Assembly: GCA_007376125.1 (NCBI GenBank)
Contig: VMFQ01000007.1
Span: 1-38,262 of the forward strand
DNA from: Parcubacteria group bacterium Gr01-1014_33
GTDB taxonomy: Bacteria; Patescibacteriota; Minisyncoccia; Sungbacterales; HO2-52-23
Direction: 5' to 3'
DNA: 38,262 bases
Below the pieces are notes generated by a model. It saw only the letters and a program-made list of their open reading frames with translations. It had not been told where the DNA came from and did not search any database. Positions 18,007 through 26,655 of the stretch are shown here, in pieces (position 1 is the first letter of the stretch; the number at the start of each line of letters is the position of its first letter). The translations under genes and the position numbers were made by a program.

Positions 18007-18653
18007 CCCCTTATCAACAAGAGGTTCTTGAGGCGGTGGCGCGTGAGAAGTATTTTACGGAGCGATATTATCTTGCGGGCGGTACGGCGCTCGCTGAATT
18101 TTATTTGAAGCATCGGCTCTCGGAAGACCTTGATTTATTTACCGAAAAGGCGGAAGTAAATTTCCCGATCGTTGCGAGGTTTTTTGAACGCCAGCGAAAG
18201 AATTTCCGAATAACGAAAATTGATACCAAACGAGTGTTCGGACTTTGCAGTTTTTTTATACATTCTTCCGATGGAGAGATATTGAAGGTTGATTTCAACT
18301 ACTATCCGTTTCCGAGGATTGAATCGGGAATGAAATTCGGAAATCTTCAGATTGAAAGCGTATACGATATCGGTGTGGACAAAGTGCATACCGTTGTGTT
18401 GAAACCGCGGGCGCGCGATTATATTGATCTCTATTTCATCGTCCGTGAATACAAATATGACTTTCATAATCTCCTCATGCAGGCAAAAGCGAAATTTGAT
18501 TGGGATATCACGCCGACTGAACTCGGAGCGCGGTTGTTGCAAGCATCCGAAATGAGCGATTATCCTCGAATGCTCAAGGAGATTGACCATCGCGTATGGA
18601 AAAATTTTTTCGTCGCTGAAGCGCGAAAACTTAAAAAAGAAATTTTCAAATAG
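17982..18653 (+). CDS. AbiEii/AbiGii-family nucleotidyltransferase
   Basis: LAGGTAL, HRLSEDLDLF, RARDYIDLY. Confidence 0.9.
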   Translation: MAKTQSILTPYQQEVLEAVAREKYFTERYYLAGGTALAEFYLKHRLSEDLDLFTEKAEVNFPIVARFFERQRKNFRITKIDTKRVFGLCSFFIHSSDGEILKVDFNYYPFPRIESGMKFGNLQIESVYDIGVDKVHTVVLKPRARDYIDLYFIVREYKYDFHNLLMQAKAKFDWDITPTELGARLLQASEMSDYPRMLKEIDHRVWKNFFVAEARKLKKEIFK

Positions 18654-18828
18654 GTGGACAAGTGAAATACAATTTGTTGTGTATCGGGTAGCGCGCGATG
18701 GGTATAGCATGATACACGTCTAAACAAATTCTATTTTTTGACAATTTACGATTGACGTATAGTTTCTTTCTGCTATTCTTGGGGCAGATCATTAATTAAA
18801 ATTTGTTTAGGAAATAGGAGGGGTCACA

Positions 18829-19551
18829 ATGGAGCTTACGGCACAATGGAAAATCATACCTCGCAAAGGTCTTGTTATAAGTGAAGAGGGTGAAAAAGAA
18901 TACGATACGGGGGCTCAAATAATGCAGGAGATAGTAGATTCGTTGCAGGGTCGGAATTTGTCGGATATTTATAGGAACAAATCTTCTATAGGGGGATCAA
19001 CATCTATGGAAGGTATTCTTTACTCTTCGTGGGGAAGTCTCTATACGGAGAGTTTCCTTGCTGTAATCCTTATTCCTAAGAGAACTTTCACTCATCTTTT
19101 TGTATTCACATGGGCGGAATGCGCTATACTCATCACGCGCGTACTATCAGACATAGAAAAAAGATTTTTTGCGCAATTTCTCTTTATTGATCTTGACTTG
19201 CGCCGCTTAGCGGAATGGGCAAAAGTAAATGGCGCTCTTTCGTCTTTGCGAATAGAAGGAGGACACTGTGCGAGAGAATATCATTATAGTGATAGTTCCC
19301 TTTTGAATATCTCACGCATGTTGCCGGTAAGAAATAAGGAAATCATCATAAACGTGGGTATATGTGAAGAACAGCATGCCACAGGAAAAAGATTTTATTA
19401 TTTCTTTGATGATGGAGTTTTTTCTATAGGGCATAATATTTTTGGATCTGAAAATAAAAAAAATGTCCGTATATGCGAGAAAATAGCACGGGGTGTTTTA
19501 AAGATAACATCAAGTTTCTGGACGATTCGCCCTCCTTTGTCTGAAGAGTAA
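18829..19551 (+). CDS. Hypothetical orphan protein
   Basis: 240-aa ORF with SD AGGAGG, promoter TTGACG..TGcTATTCT and its own terminator. Confidence 0.7.
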   Translation: MELTAQWKIIPRKGLVISEEGEKEYDTGAQIMQEIVDSLQGRNLSDIYRNKSSIGGSTSMEGILYSSWGSLYTESFLAVILIPKRTFTHLFVFTWAECAILITRVLSDIEKRFFAQFLFIDLDLRRLAEWAKVNGALSSLRIEGGHCAREYHYSDSSLLNISRMLPVRNKEIIINVGICEEQHATGKRFYYFFDDGVFSIGHNIFGSENKKNVRICEKIARGVLKITSSFWTIRPPLSEE

Positions 19552-19552
19552 T

Positions 19553-19589
19553 AATATCCGGCGCGGTTACCGTTTCCGGATATTTTTTT
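19553..19589 (+). terminator. Intrinsic terminator-like hairpin
   Basis: aatatccgg...ccggatatt followed by a T run. Confidence 0.55.
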
Positions 19590-19615
19590 AAGCCAATATA
19601 AGAAAAATAATTATC

Positions 19616-20333
19616 ACGAAAAATACTCGCGGCTTAAAACTCATACTCGGTTCTGTGTCTCCTGCGCGGAAAAAAATCCTTCAGGAAATGGGGTATGAAT
19701 TTGAAGTCATGCCGTCGGGTATTGATGAGAAAGCGATTCGTTCGGAAAATCCGAGGAAACTGGTTTTGATGCTTGCATACGCAAAAGCCGAGGCGCTTCT
19801 TCCCAAGATTCAGGAACCCGCAATCTTAATTACCTCCGATCAAGTGGTTTTGTGCGACGGGAAAATTCACGAGGAGCCGCAAAACGAAAAAGAAGCGCGG
19901 GAATATCTGCAAAACTTAGGTTTGTCTTTGGTGGAAGCCGTAACCGGGGTGGTGGCAACAAATACGTTTGCTAAAAAACAGGTTGAAGCAGTGGACGTAT
20001 GCCGCATAGTTTTTTCCGAAATCCCGGAAGAAGTGATAGAAGAATACATCCAAAGCGGAGAAGCATTTATCCCCACACCTACTTTTCCCGATCTTGTGGT
20101 GTAAATATCTCGCTTCAGAATATTTTTTTGTTTAGAAAGTGCATAGGACATTCAGTTGAATCGAAAAATAAAAAAGGGGAAAAGTAGGTGTGGGGGTTCA
20201 CCCATGCCGGAGGATTTGACATCGCCGATCCTCTTTTTAACCTTATGTAAAAGAGATACACGGGGAGTATGAGAGTATTTTGGGATTGCCAAAAACACTG
20301 ACAGAAAAACTTATCGGAGAAATTGTGAATTAA
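19616..20333 (+). pseudogene. maf: Maf-family NTP pyrophosphatase pseudogene
   Basis: LILGSVSPARK, ITSDQVV, HAGGF and SILGLP motifs; no ATG (ACG at 19616), an insertion at 20069-20197 and a further 1-nt frameshift near 20239. Confidence 0.88.
20069..20197. mobile_element. CCCCACACCTACTTTT-TIR element inside maf
   Basis: ~20-bp TIR; same ends as 38121-38252. Confidence 0.9.
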
Positions 20334-20338
20334 ATTTT

Positions 20339-21328
20339 ATGAAAATCCTTATTTTTCCTCAAGACATTCCGCGTTCAAAAAATTGGTTTGGCCATCCCCA
20401 TTTTTTTAAGCCGGAATATCTGGAGAAAATTAAAAAAGCGGCAGGAAAGAACGCGCATATTTTTGTGGCGTTTAGCGATAAAGAAGCGCATATGCATGTG
20501 CCGCATGCGGATATTATCGCAGGCTTTCCAATGACGATTCCGCCTTTGACGGGCGCAAAAAATCTTAAGTGGCTCCATTCGTTTTCTGCGGGGATGGATA
20601 AGATTTTAACACCCGAAACTGCGAAATTGCTAATTCTTATAAGCAATTCTTCCGGAATCCATGCGACTCCGATTGCGGAGCATTTGATCGGATTCATGCT
20701 AATTTTCACCCGCGGATTTTACCAGACGTTTAAAAATCAGCAAAAACGGATTTGGCGAAAAGACGAAACCATTTCCGAGCTTCGCGGAAAGACCGTATGT
20801 ATCGTCGGGTTGGGAGACATCGGGCTTGAGACCGCGCGGCTTGCTCATGCATTTGGCGCACGGGTTTTAGCGGTTACGCGTTCCCAAAAACAAAAACCGC
20901 AGTTTGTGGACGAATTGAAAACCGGCGCGTATCTGGACAAAATGCTTCCCCATGCAGATTTTATCGCGATATGCCTTCCGCATACAAATGAGACGCATCA
21001 TCTTTTCGGCATAAAGAAATTCAAACTCATGAAGTCAAGCGCGGTTATAATGAATATCGGAAGAGGCGGAATAATAAACGAAAAAGATTTGATTCAAGCG
21101 CTTCGCAAAAAAATTGTTGGAGGCGCGGGGCTTGATGTTACGGAAGAAGAACCACTTCCGAAAACAAACCCATTATGGAATATGGAAAATGTCATAATTA
21201 CCCCGCATCATTCCGGTTTATCGGAAAAATACATGGATCGCGCGATTGCCTTATTCTGTGCGAACCTAAAATTGTTTTTGAGAGGGAAGCGACTTCTGAC
21301 GGTAGTGGATAAGGAGAAAGGATATTAA
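20339..21328 (+). CDS. D-2-hydroxyacid dehydrogenase, NAD(P)-binding
   Basis: VGLGDIG, NIGRG, GAGLDVTEEEPL, ITPH. Confidence 0.95.
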   Translation: MKILIFPQDIPRSKNWFGHPHFFKPEYLEKIKKAAGKNAHIFVAFSDKEAHMHVPHADIIAGFPMTIPPLTGAKNLKWLHSFSAGMDKILTPETAKLLILISNSSGIHATPIAEHLIGFMLIFTRGFYQTFKNQQKRIWRKDETISELRGKTVCIVGLGDIGLETARLAHAFGARVLAVTRSQKQKPQFVDELKTGAYLDKMLPHADFIAICLPHTNETHHLFGIKKFKLMKSSAVIMNIGRGGIINEKDLIQALRKKIVGGAGLDVTEEEPLPKTNPLWNMENVIITPHHSGLSEKYMDRAIALFCANLKLFLRGKRLLTVVDKEKGY

Positions 21329-21342
21329 TTTTGTGCTAAACT

Positions 21343-21375
21343 TCCTACACTTAGTTTAGTAAACTAAGTGTAGGA
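21343..21375. repeat. Perfect 16-bp-arm palindrome, AAACTAAGT family
   Basis: tcctacacttagttta-g-taaactaagtgtagga. Confidence 0.9.
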
Positions 21376-21390
21376 TAAAGTAAACTCTAT

Positions 21391-21945
21391 ATGGTACGGC
21401 TATTCATTCCAATTCTATTAGGCACTGCCCGCGAGGGGCGGCGCACGGAAAATGCAGCACGGTTTGTTTTTGAACAGGCGAAAAAAGACGGGCGGTTTAA
21501 GACGCGATTTTTGGATGTGCGGGATTTTGTGATGATTCCGAAAACCGATGGCGCGGTGAGCGAGGAGAAAAGCAAAGAATGGAAAGAAATTGTAACTCGC
21601 GCGGACGGGCTGATTATTGTTTCGCCGGAATACAATCACGGCTATCCCGGAGAGTTAAAACTGATGTTAGACCAATTGTATGATGAATATAACCGAAAGC
21701 CAGCGGCAATTTGCGGGACAGGCGCGGGTATGGGAGGCGCGCGAATGGTAGAGGCGCTTCGTATGTCACTTGTGGAATTTCAGATGGTTCCGATTAGAAC
21801 CGCGGTGTACTTCTCAAACATCAAAACTCTTTTTGATGAGAATGGGAAAATAAAGGACGAATCTTACGGCGAGCGCCTCAAAAAACTCTTTGACGAATTG
21901 GTGTGGTATGCGGAGGCGCTAAAAGTTGCAAGAGAAAAGAAATAA
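21391..21945 (+). CDS. NADPH-dependent FMN reductase
   Basis: LGTAREGR, SPEYNHGYPGELK..LD. Confidence 0.93.
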   Translation: MVRLFIPILLGTAREGRRTENAARFVFEQAKKDGRFKTRFLDVRDFVMIPKTDGAVSEEKSKEWKEIVTRADGLIIVSPEYNHGYPGELKLMLDQLYDEYNRKPAAICGTGAGMGGARMVEALRMSLVEFQMVPIRTAVYFSNIKTLFDENGKIKDESYGERLKKLFDELVWYAEALKVAREKK

Positions 21946-21958
21946 TTTCTTCAAATAT

Positions 21959-22048
21959 ATGAACAGCGAAACCCGCCAATGTCAAAATTGCAAAACTGAA
22001 TATAACCATATTGAAGTCTCACTTCAATATGGTTCATCCTATGAATGA
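21959..22048 (+). other. 29-codon ORF or remnant of a Cys-rich paralog N-terminus (MNSETRQCQNCKTE...)
   Basis: Resembles MNEEIKTCQNCKNQ of the next gene and overlaps its ATG out of frame. Confidence 0.6.
22004..22034. repeat. CATATTGAAGT-N3-ACTTCAATATG palindrome, copy 1
   Basis: 14-bp arms, spacer CTC. Confidence 0.92.
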
Positions 22049-23786
22049 AGAAATCAAAACCTGCCAAAATTGCAAAAACCAGTTCACGGTCGAACCGGAT
22101 GACTTTGCGTTTTACGAAAAAATCAAAGTGCCTCCGCCGACGTTTTGTCCTCAATGTCGCTACCAGCGTCGTCTTACAAATCGCAATGAGTGGAATTTTT
22201 ACCGGCGGCCGTGTTCGCTCTGCGGTAAATCCATTGTCGCGATCTATAACCCCGAGTATCCGGGACCGGTCTACTGCCAGCCGTGCTGGTGGTCTGACGG
22301 GTGGGACCCTTTTGTCTACGGACGGGAGTTTGATTTCTCGCGGCCGTTTTTTGAGCAGTTTCAGGAGCTGCGTCTCCAAGTCCCGCATGTTGCCATGACC
22401 AATACCCAAAGCGTCAACTCCGAATATACCAATCAATCATTGAGCAACAGAAATTCACACATGCTGGTCTCAAGTGAATATTGTGAAAATTGCCTCTACG
22501 GTTACTGGAACAATAAAGCACGGGAGTGCGTTGATTGCTACATGGTAGAGCAGGCAGAATTGCTTTATGAATCTTTGAACTGTACCAATTGCAGCCATTC
22601 AGTGTATTTAGAAGATTGCGTGGACTGCACCGTGAGTTATTTTCTTAAAGATTGCAGGGGATGCGCTTCCTGTTTTGGCTCCTACGGCCTGCGGAATAAA
22701 TCCTATTACTGGCATAATAGGCAGTTGACGAAAGAGGACTATGAAAGACGCGTGCGCGAGTTTGTGTTCAGCCGCGCCAATATTGAAAAAGAAAGAAATG
22801 CGCTTCGGGGTTTGGAAAAGGGATTTCCGCATAAATACTATCGCGGAAAGAACATCGTAAATTCAACCGGCGATTATATTCAGGATATCAAGAATGCTCA
22901 CATGGTTTTTAATTGCCGTGATGTAGAATATCTTCGTTATTGCCAAGATGTCTGGCGCTCAAAAGACAGCATTGACTGCACGGAAGCGTATGCAGAATTG
23001 AGCTATGAGTGCGAAGGAGTGATTGTAAATGGTTCTATCGCCATCACAAAGGGATTTCCGGTATTTAATTCATACTATTCTGAACTCTGTTTCAACAGCC
23101 ACGATCTGTTTGGATGCGTCGGATTGAATAAAACCGAGTACTGCATCCTAAATCGCCGCTACGAGAAAGCGGAATACTTGTCGTTGCGCGAGAAGATCAT
23201 AGCGCACATGAAGCAAACGGGAGAGTGGGGAGAATTTTTCCCGGCGCGCTTGTCTCTTTTTGCGTATAACGAAACCGTGGCGCAGGATTATTTTCCCCTT
23301 ACCAAGGAAGATGCCGTCTCGCGCGGACTTCAATGGCATGATCGCAAAGAACGGGAGTATAAGATAACATTAAAGCCGCACAATATTCCAGAAACCATTC
23401 GGGAGGTTGATGACGGAATTCTTCAAGAAACCATAGGATGTATTTCTCAAGAGAGCGGCGAGACAAAGAATAAATATCCAAATTGCGCGACTGCATTTCG
23501 AATCACTCCGATGGAGCTTGAATTTTACCGGCAAATCAATATTCCAATTCCTCAAAAATGCTCGGTATGCCGGCGGCAGGATAGATTGGAGATGAGAAAT
23601 CCGCGTAGAATGTGGAAGCGCGCGTGTCAATGCGCGGGCACACATTCGGAAAATCGTATTTATCAAAACGCCATTAGGCATTTCCACGGCGCGCAATCTT
23701 GTCCCAACGAATTTGAAACCTCGTACATGCCGGAAAGACCGGAGATTGTGTACTGTGAGCAATGTTACCAAGCCGAAATTGCATGA
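22041..23786 (+). CDS. CPR-type Cys-rich zinc-ribbon/repeat protein (581 aa)
   Basis: CQNC..PPTFCPQCR..VYCQPCWWSD..DFSRPFFEQF..GEWGEFFP..VYCEQCYQ. Confidence 0.85.
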   Translation: MNEEIKTCQNCKNQFTVEPDDFAFYEKIKVPPPTFCPQCRYQRRLTNRNEWNFYRRPCSLCGKSIVAIYNPEYPGPVYCQPCWWSDGWDPFVYGREFDFSRPFFEQFQELRLQVPHVAMTNTQSVNSEYTNQSLSNRNSHMLVSSEYCENCLYGYWNNKARECVDCYMVEQAELLYESLNCTNCSHSVYLEDCVDCTVSYFLKDCRGCASCFGSYGLRNKSYYWHNRQLTKEDYERRVREFVFSRANIEKERNALRGLEKGFPHKYYRGKNIVNSTGDYIQDIKNAHMVFNCRDVEYLRYCQDVWRSKDSIDCTEAYAELSYECEGVIVNGSIAITKGFPVFNSYYSELCFNSHDLFGCVGLNKTEYCILNRRYEKAEYLSLREKIIAHMKQTGEWGEFFPARLSLFAYNETVAQDYFPLTKEDAVSRGLQWHDRKEREYKITLKPHNIPETIREVDDGILQETIGCISQESGETKNKYPNCATAFRITPMELEFYRQINIPIPQKCSVCRRQDRLEMRNPRRMWKRACQCAGTHSENRIYQNAIRHFHGAQSCPNEFETSYMPERPEIVYCEQCYQAEIA

Positions 23787-23932
23787 TGCTCTGCTAAACT
23801 ATGGATTACGAAACTTTAATTTCTTTACGAATTTTCATCCCTCTCACTCTCGCTTCTCCTTGGAAAGGGGGAGGCGCAAAACGATTAGCAATCGTTTTGC
23901 GGGCGTGGGATAGAGTATTTCGTAATTCAAAG

Positions 23933-23972
23933 TACTAAAATTTATCCCACGATCGTGGGATAAATTTTAGTA
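23933..23972. repeat. ACGATCGT-centred perfect palindrome, copy 2
   Basis: tactaaaatttatcccacgatcgtgggataaattttagta. Confidence 0.92.
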
Positions 23973-24036
23973 GAGGTTATATGATAATGGCAGACGAAGT
24001 CTCGTAGTAACCAAAGGTTCTATCTACTACTGGGGC

Positions 24037-24090
24037 GAAGAGTGCTATCAAGCGGAAATTATCTGATGTCAAAATTGCAAAACTGAATAT
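24037..24090 (+). other. Remnants of a Cys-rich paralog C-terminus (EECYQAEII*) and N-terminus (CQNCKTEY)
   Basis: Matches 23757-23786 at protein level and 21980-22003 exactly at DNA level. Confidence 0.7.
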
Positions 24091-24092
24091 GT

Positions 24093-24155
24093 GCATATTG
24101 AAGTCTCACTTCAATATGCTTCACACTTCAATATGCTTCACTTCAATATGCTTCA
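24093..24155. repeat. CATATTGAAGT palindrome, copy 2, right arm triplicated
   Basis: cacttcaatatgctt occurs three times. Confidence 0.92.
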
Positions 24156-24161
24156 AACTCT

Positions 24162-24540
24162 ATGAAGCAATTCACAAAACGGCTTACTCCCGGGCAGGAC
24201 TTAAAAGGGGAAATTGAAAAAATTGTACAAGAGAAAAGCATCAGAGCGGGATGGTCTTAAAAAAGCGACACTCCGCCTTGCTGATGGAAAAAAGGTGCAA
24301 TCATGGAGTAAGCAATTTGAAATAATATCTGGCACGGGAACGGTTTCAAAAAATGGGTGCCATATTCATATTTCTCTTGCGGATGCAAAAGGGCAAGTAA
24401 TCGGCGGACATCTAAAAGAAGGATGCACTATCAACACCACAGCCGAAATTGTGTTGATTATATTCAATAAGGTGGAATATAAGCGGAGGTTTGACAATCA
24501 AACCGGCTATGAAGAGTTAGAGGTGATCTATACACAATAA
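24162..24540 (+). pseudogene. PPC/DUF296 DNA-binding protein with an internal deletion and frameshift near 24252
   Basis: MKQFTKRLTPGQDLK..IRAG in one frame; GLKKATLR..HIHISLAD..GGHL..TAEI in another. Confidence 0.85.
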
Positions 24541-24550
24541 CGAGAAATCT

Positions 24551-25036
24551 ATGGCACTAAAGAAAAAAGTTATTTGCCGAGACATAAAGGGAAATAAAAA
24601 ACTTGTTTCTGTTGACAAGCTGTCGTTTCGCATATCGGCGTACGGCGTATTGATGCGGAAAAATAAAGTACTGCTTGGAAACGCGTGGGACGGATACGAT
24701 TGGCCCGGCGGAGCGATTAAAATTGGCGAGACGATTGAAGAAGGATTGAAAAGAGAATTTTGGGAAGAGACGGGATTGAAAGTTGAGATGGGAAAAATCG
24801 TGGCAGTGATGAATGATTTCTTTATTCATCCTTTCACTAAAAAATGTCACCACACAATTCTCTTATTTTATCTTTGCAAAAATTCCAAAGGGGAAGTTTC
24901 TGCGAAGAACTTTGAAAAGGATGAAAAAGAGTATATGAGAAAAGCAAAGTGGGTTGATATAAAAAAGGTCCCGACCCTTAAATTTTATAATCCGGTGGAT
25001 AATAAGGCGATTATTAAAGAGGCGTTAAAGAAGTGA
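24551..25036 (+). CDS. NUDIX hydrolase
   Basis: GGAIKIGETIEEGLKREFWEETG. Confidence 0.92.
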   Translation: MALKKKVICRDIKGNKKLVSVDKLSFRISAYGVLMRKNKVLLGNAWDGYDWPGGAIKIGETIEEGLKREFWEETGLKVEMGKIVAVMNDFFIHPFTKKCHHTILLFYLCKNSKGEVSAKNFEKDEKEYMRKAKWVDIKKVPTLKFYNPVDNKAIIKEALKK

Positions 25037-25045
25037 TTGAAATTT

Positions 25046-25213
25046 ATGCGCAAACGTCTTAAAAATAAAAGGCATAGTTGTGCGTTATGCAAGCCGCATA
25101 AAACCGGGCACGATTGCCGCTGGAATAATAAGGATTTGGCAGGACTTAAAGCGTTTGAAAAAGAAAAAGGCAATTTTGTGGGCAGAATGTGGTATGGCGG
25201 GGAAACGGTCTGA
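25046..25213 (+). CDS. 55-aa basic protein with CxxCKPHK (putative Zn-binding); absent from the ORF track
   Basis: MRKRLKNKRHSCALCKPHKTGHDCRW...; starts 10 nt after the NUDIX stop. Confidence 0.6.
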   Translation: MRKRLKNKRHSCALCKPHKTGHDCRWNNKDLAGLKAFEKEKGNFVGRMWYGGETV

Positions 25214-25232
25214 TTAAAAAAGTGATGAATAT

Positions 25233-25263
25233 AAGCATATTGAAGTGAGACTTCAATATGCTT
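25233..25263. repeat. CATATTGAAGT palindrome, copy 3, spacer inverted (GAG)
   Basis: aagcatattgaagt-gag-acttcaatatgctt. Confidence 0.92.
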
Positions 25264-25305
25264 CAAGATTGAGGATTAGCCTCGATAAGTCTTAATATAC
25301 ATTAA

Positions 25306-25917
25306 GTGGAAGCACAAAAAGACAACAGAACAGAACTCCTGCGTCAAATCAAAGATGAGGTGGTGGATTTCAAAGAGTCGCCGCTTTATGGCGAGCGTGT
25401 AGCAAACAAAGTGCATCCGGTAATCGGCGAGGGAAATCACTATGCCGAGATTATGTTTGTGGGCGAGGCGCCGGGAAAAACCGAGGCAGAAACCGGACGG
25501 CCGTTTGCAGGACAAGCGGGAAAAGTTTTAGACGAGCTTCTCGCCTCCATCGGCATTCCGCGAAAAGATGTCTACATCACGAATGTCGTAAAAGACCGCC
25601 CGCCAATGAATCGCGATCCTCTGCCGCAAGAAATCGCACTCTACGCTGGGTTTCTTGACAGACAAATTGAGATTATCCAGCCAAAAGTGATTGTGCTTCT
25701 GGGCCGCCACTCCATGAAATACATCATGGAAAAATTCGGACTGGAAGCGCAATTAACTTCCATAAGCCGGATGCATGGGCAAATATTTTTAGCAAACGCT
25801 TCTTATGGAGAGATAAAAATAGTTCCGATGTTCCATCCGGCCGCGGCGCTTTACAATCCCGATCTTAAAGCGGAGATGCAAAAGGATTTTAAGATTTTAA
25901 GAGAGATGGAGAAATAA
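25306..25917 (+). CDS. Uracil-DNA glycosylase, family 4-like
   Basis: VGEAPG, GRPFAG, TNVVKDRPP.NR, FHPAAAL. Confidence 0.93.
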   Translation: MEAQKDNRTELLRQIKDEVVDFKESPLYGERVANKVHPVIGEGNHYAEIMFVGEAPGKTEAETGRPFAGQAGKVLDELLASIGIPRKDVYITNVVKDRPPMNRDPLPQEIALYAGFLDRQIEIIQPKVIVLLGRHSMKYIMEKFGLEAQLTSISRMHGQIFLANASYGEIKIVPMFHPAAALYNPDLKAEMQKDFKILREMEK

Positions 25918-25920
25918 TCT

Positions 25921-26586
25921 ATGCGGATTTCGCATTCTATTGATGAATTAGCAAAGAAAATTTGGGATTACCATTTAATGCGCTATGCACTTGAAAAAGC
26001 GGATTGCATTTTAGTATTGGGGAGCAACGATACCCGAGTGGCGGAATGGGGGGCAACATTATTTTTGGACGGATGGGCGCCTCTCCTTGTATTTTCCGGC
26101 ACCGGCGCAGGCCATAAAAATGATTTGTTAGCGACTGGTTGGGACCTGCCGGAGGCAGAAATCTTTGCGGAAATTGCGATTAAGAGGGGAGTCCCGAAAG
26201 ATAAAATTTTAGTTGAAAACTACTCCGAAAATACCGGAGAAAATATTCTCTTTACGAAAGAACTACTCAAGAGCCGCGGGATCAATCTCCAAAAATTTAT
26301 TCTTGTCCAAAAGCCCTATATGGAACGGCGCGCATACGCGACATTTAAAAAGTTGTGGCCGGAAAAAGAAGTCATAATTACTTCGCCGCCGATTTCTTAT
26401 GAGGAGTATCCTGCGGGCGCAATCTCAAAAGAGATACTCGTAAATATTATGGTAGGGGATTTACAGAGGATAAAACTTTACGCAGAGAAAGGATTTCAGA
26501 TTCCGCAGGAGATTCCGGAAGATGTCTGGAAGGCATACGAAAAATTGGTAGAATTGGGGTATATGAAGCACTTGGTAAGGGAATAG
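25921..26586 (+). CDS. YdcF/DUF218 family protein
   Basis: ILVLGS, SENTGEN, VQKPYMERRA. Confidence 0.9.
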   Translation: MRISHSIDELAKKIWDYHLMRYALEKADCILVLGSNDTRVAEWGATLFLDGWAPLLVFSGTGAGHKNDLLATGWDLPEAEIFAEIAIKRGVPKDKILVENYSENTGENILFTKELLKSRGINLQKFILVQKPYMERRAYATFKKLWPEKEVIITSPPISYEEYPAGAISKEILVNIMVGDLQRIKLYAEKGFQIPQEIPEDVWKAYEKLVELGYMKHLVRE

Positions 26587-26655
26587 GGCTATAGAAAGTC
26601 TGACTTCCATCACGATATTGTTTCCTGAGAGACGGTGTGATATAAAAAAGATGCC

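Noticed and set aside
24093-24155. Possible CRISPR array from the repeated cacttcaatatgctt
   Set aside because: Units are adjacent with no spacers, other copies are kilobases apart, and there are no cas genes
21959-25278. Integron attC cassette array
   Set aside because: No RYYYAAC/GTTRRRY box architecture with extrahelical bases, and no intI gene
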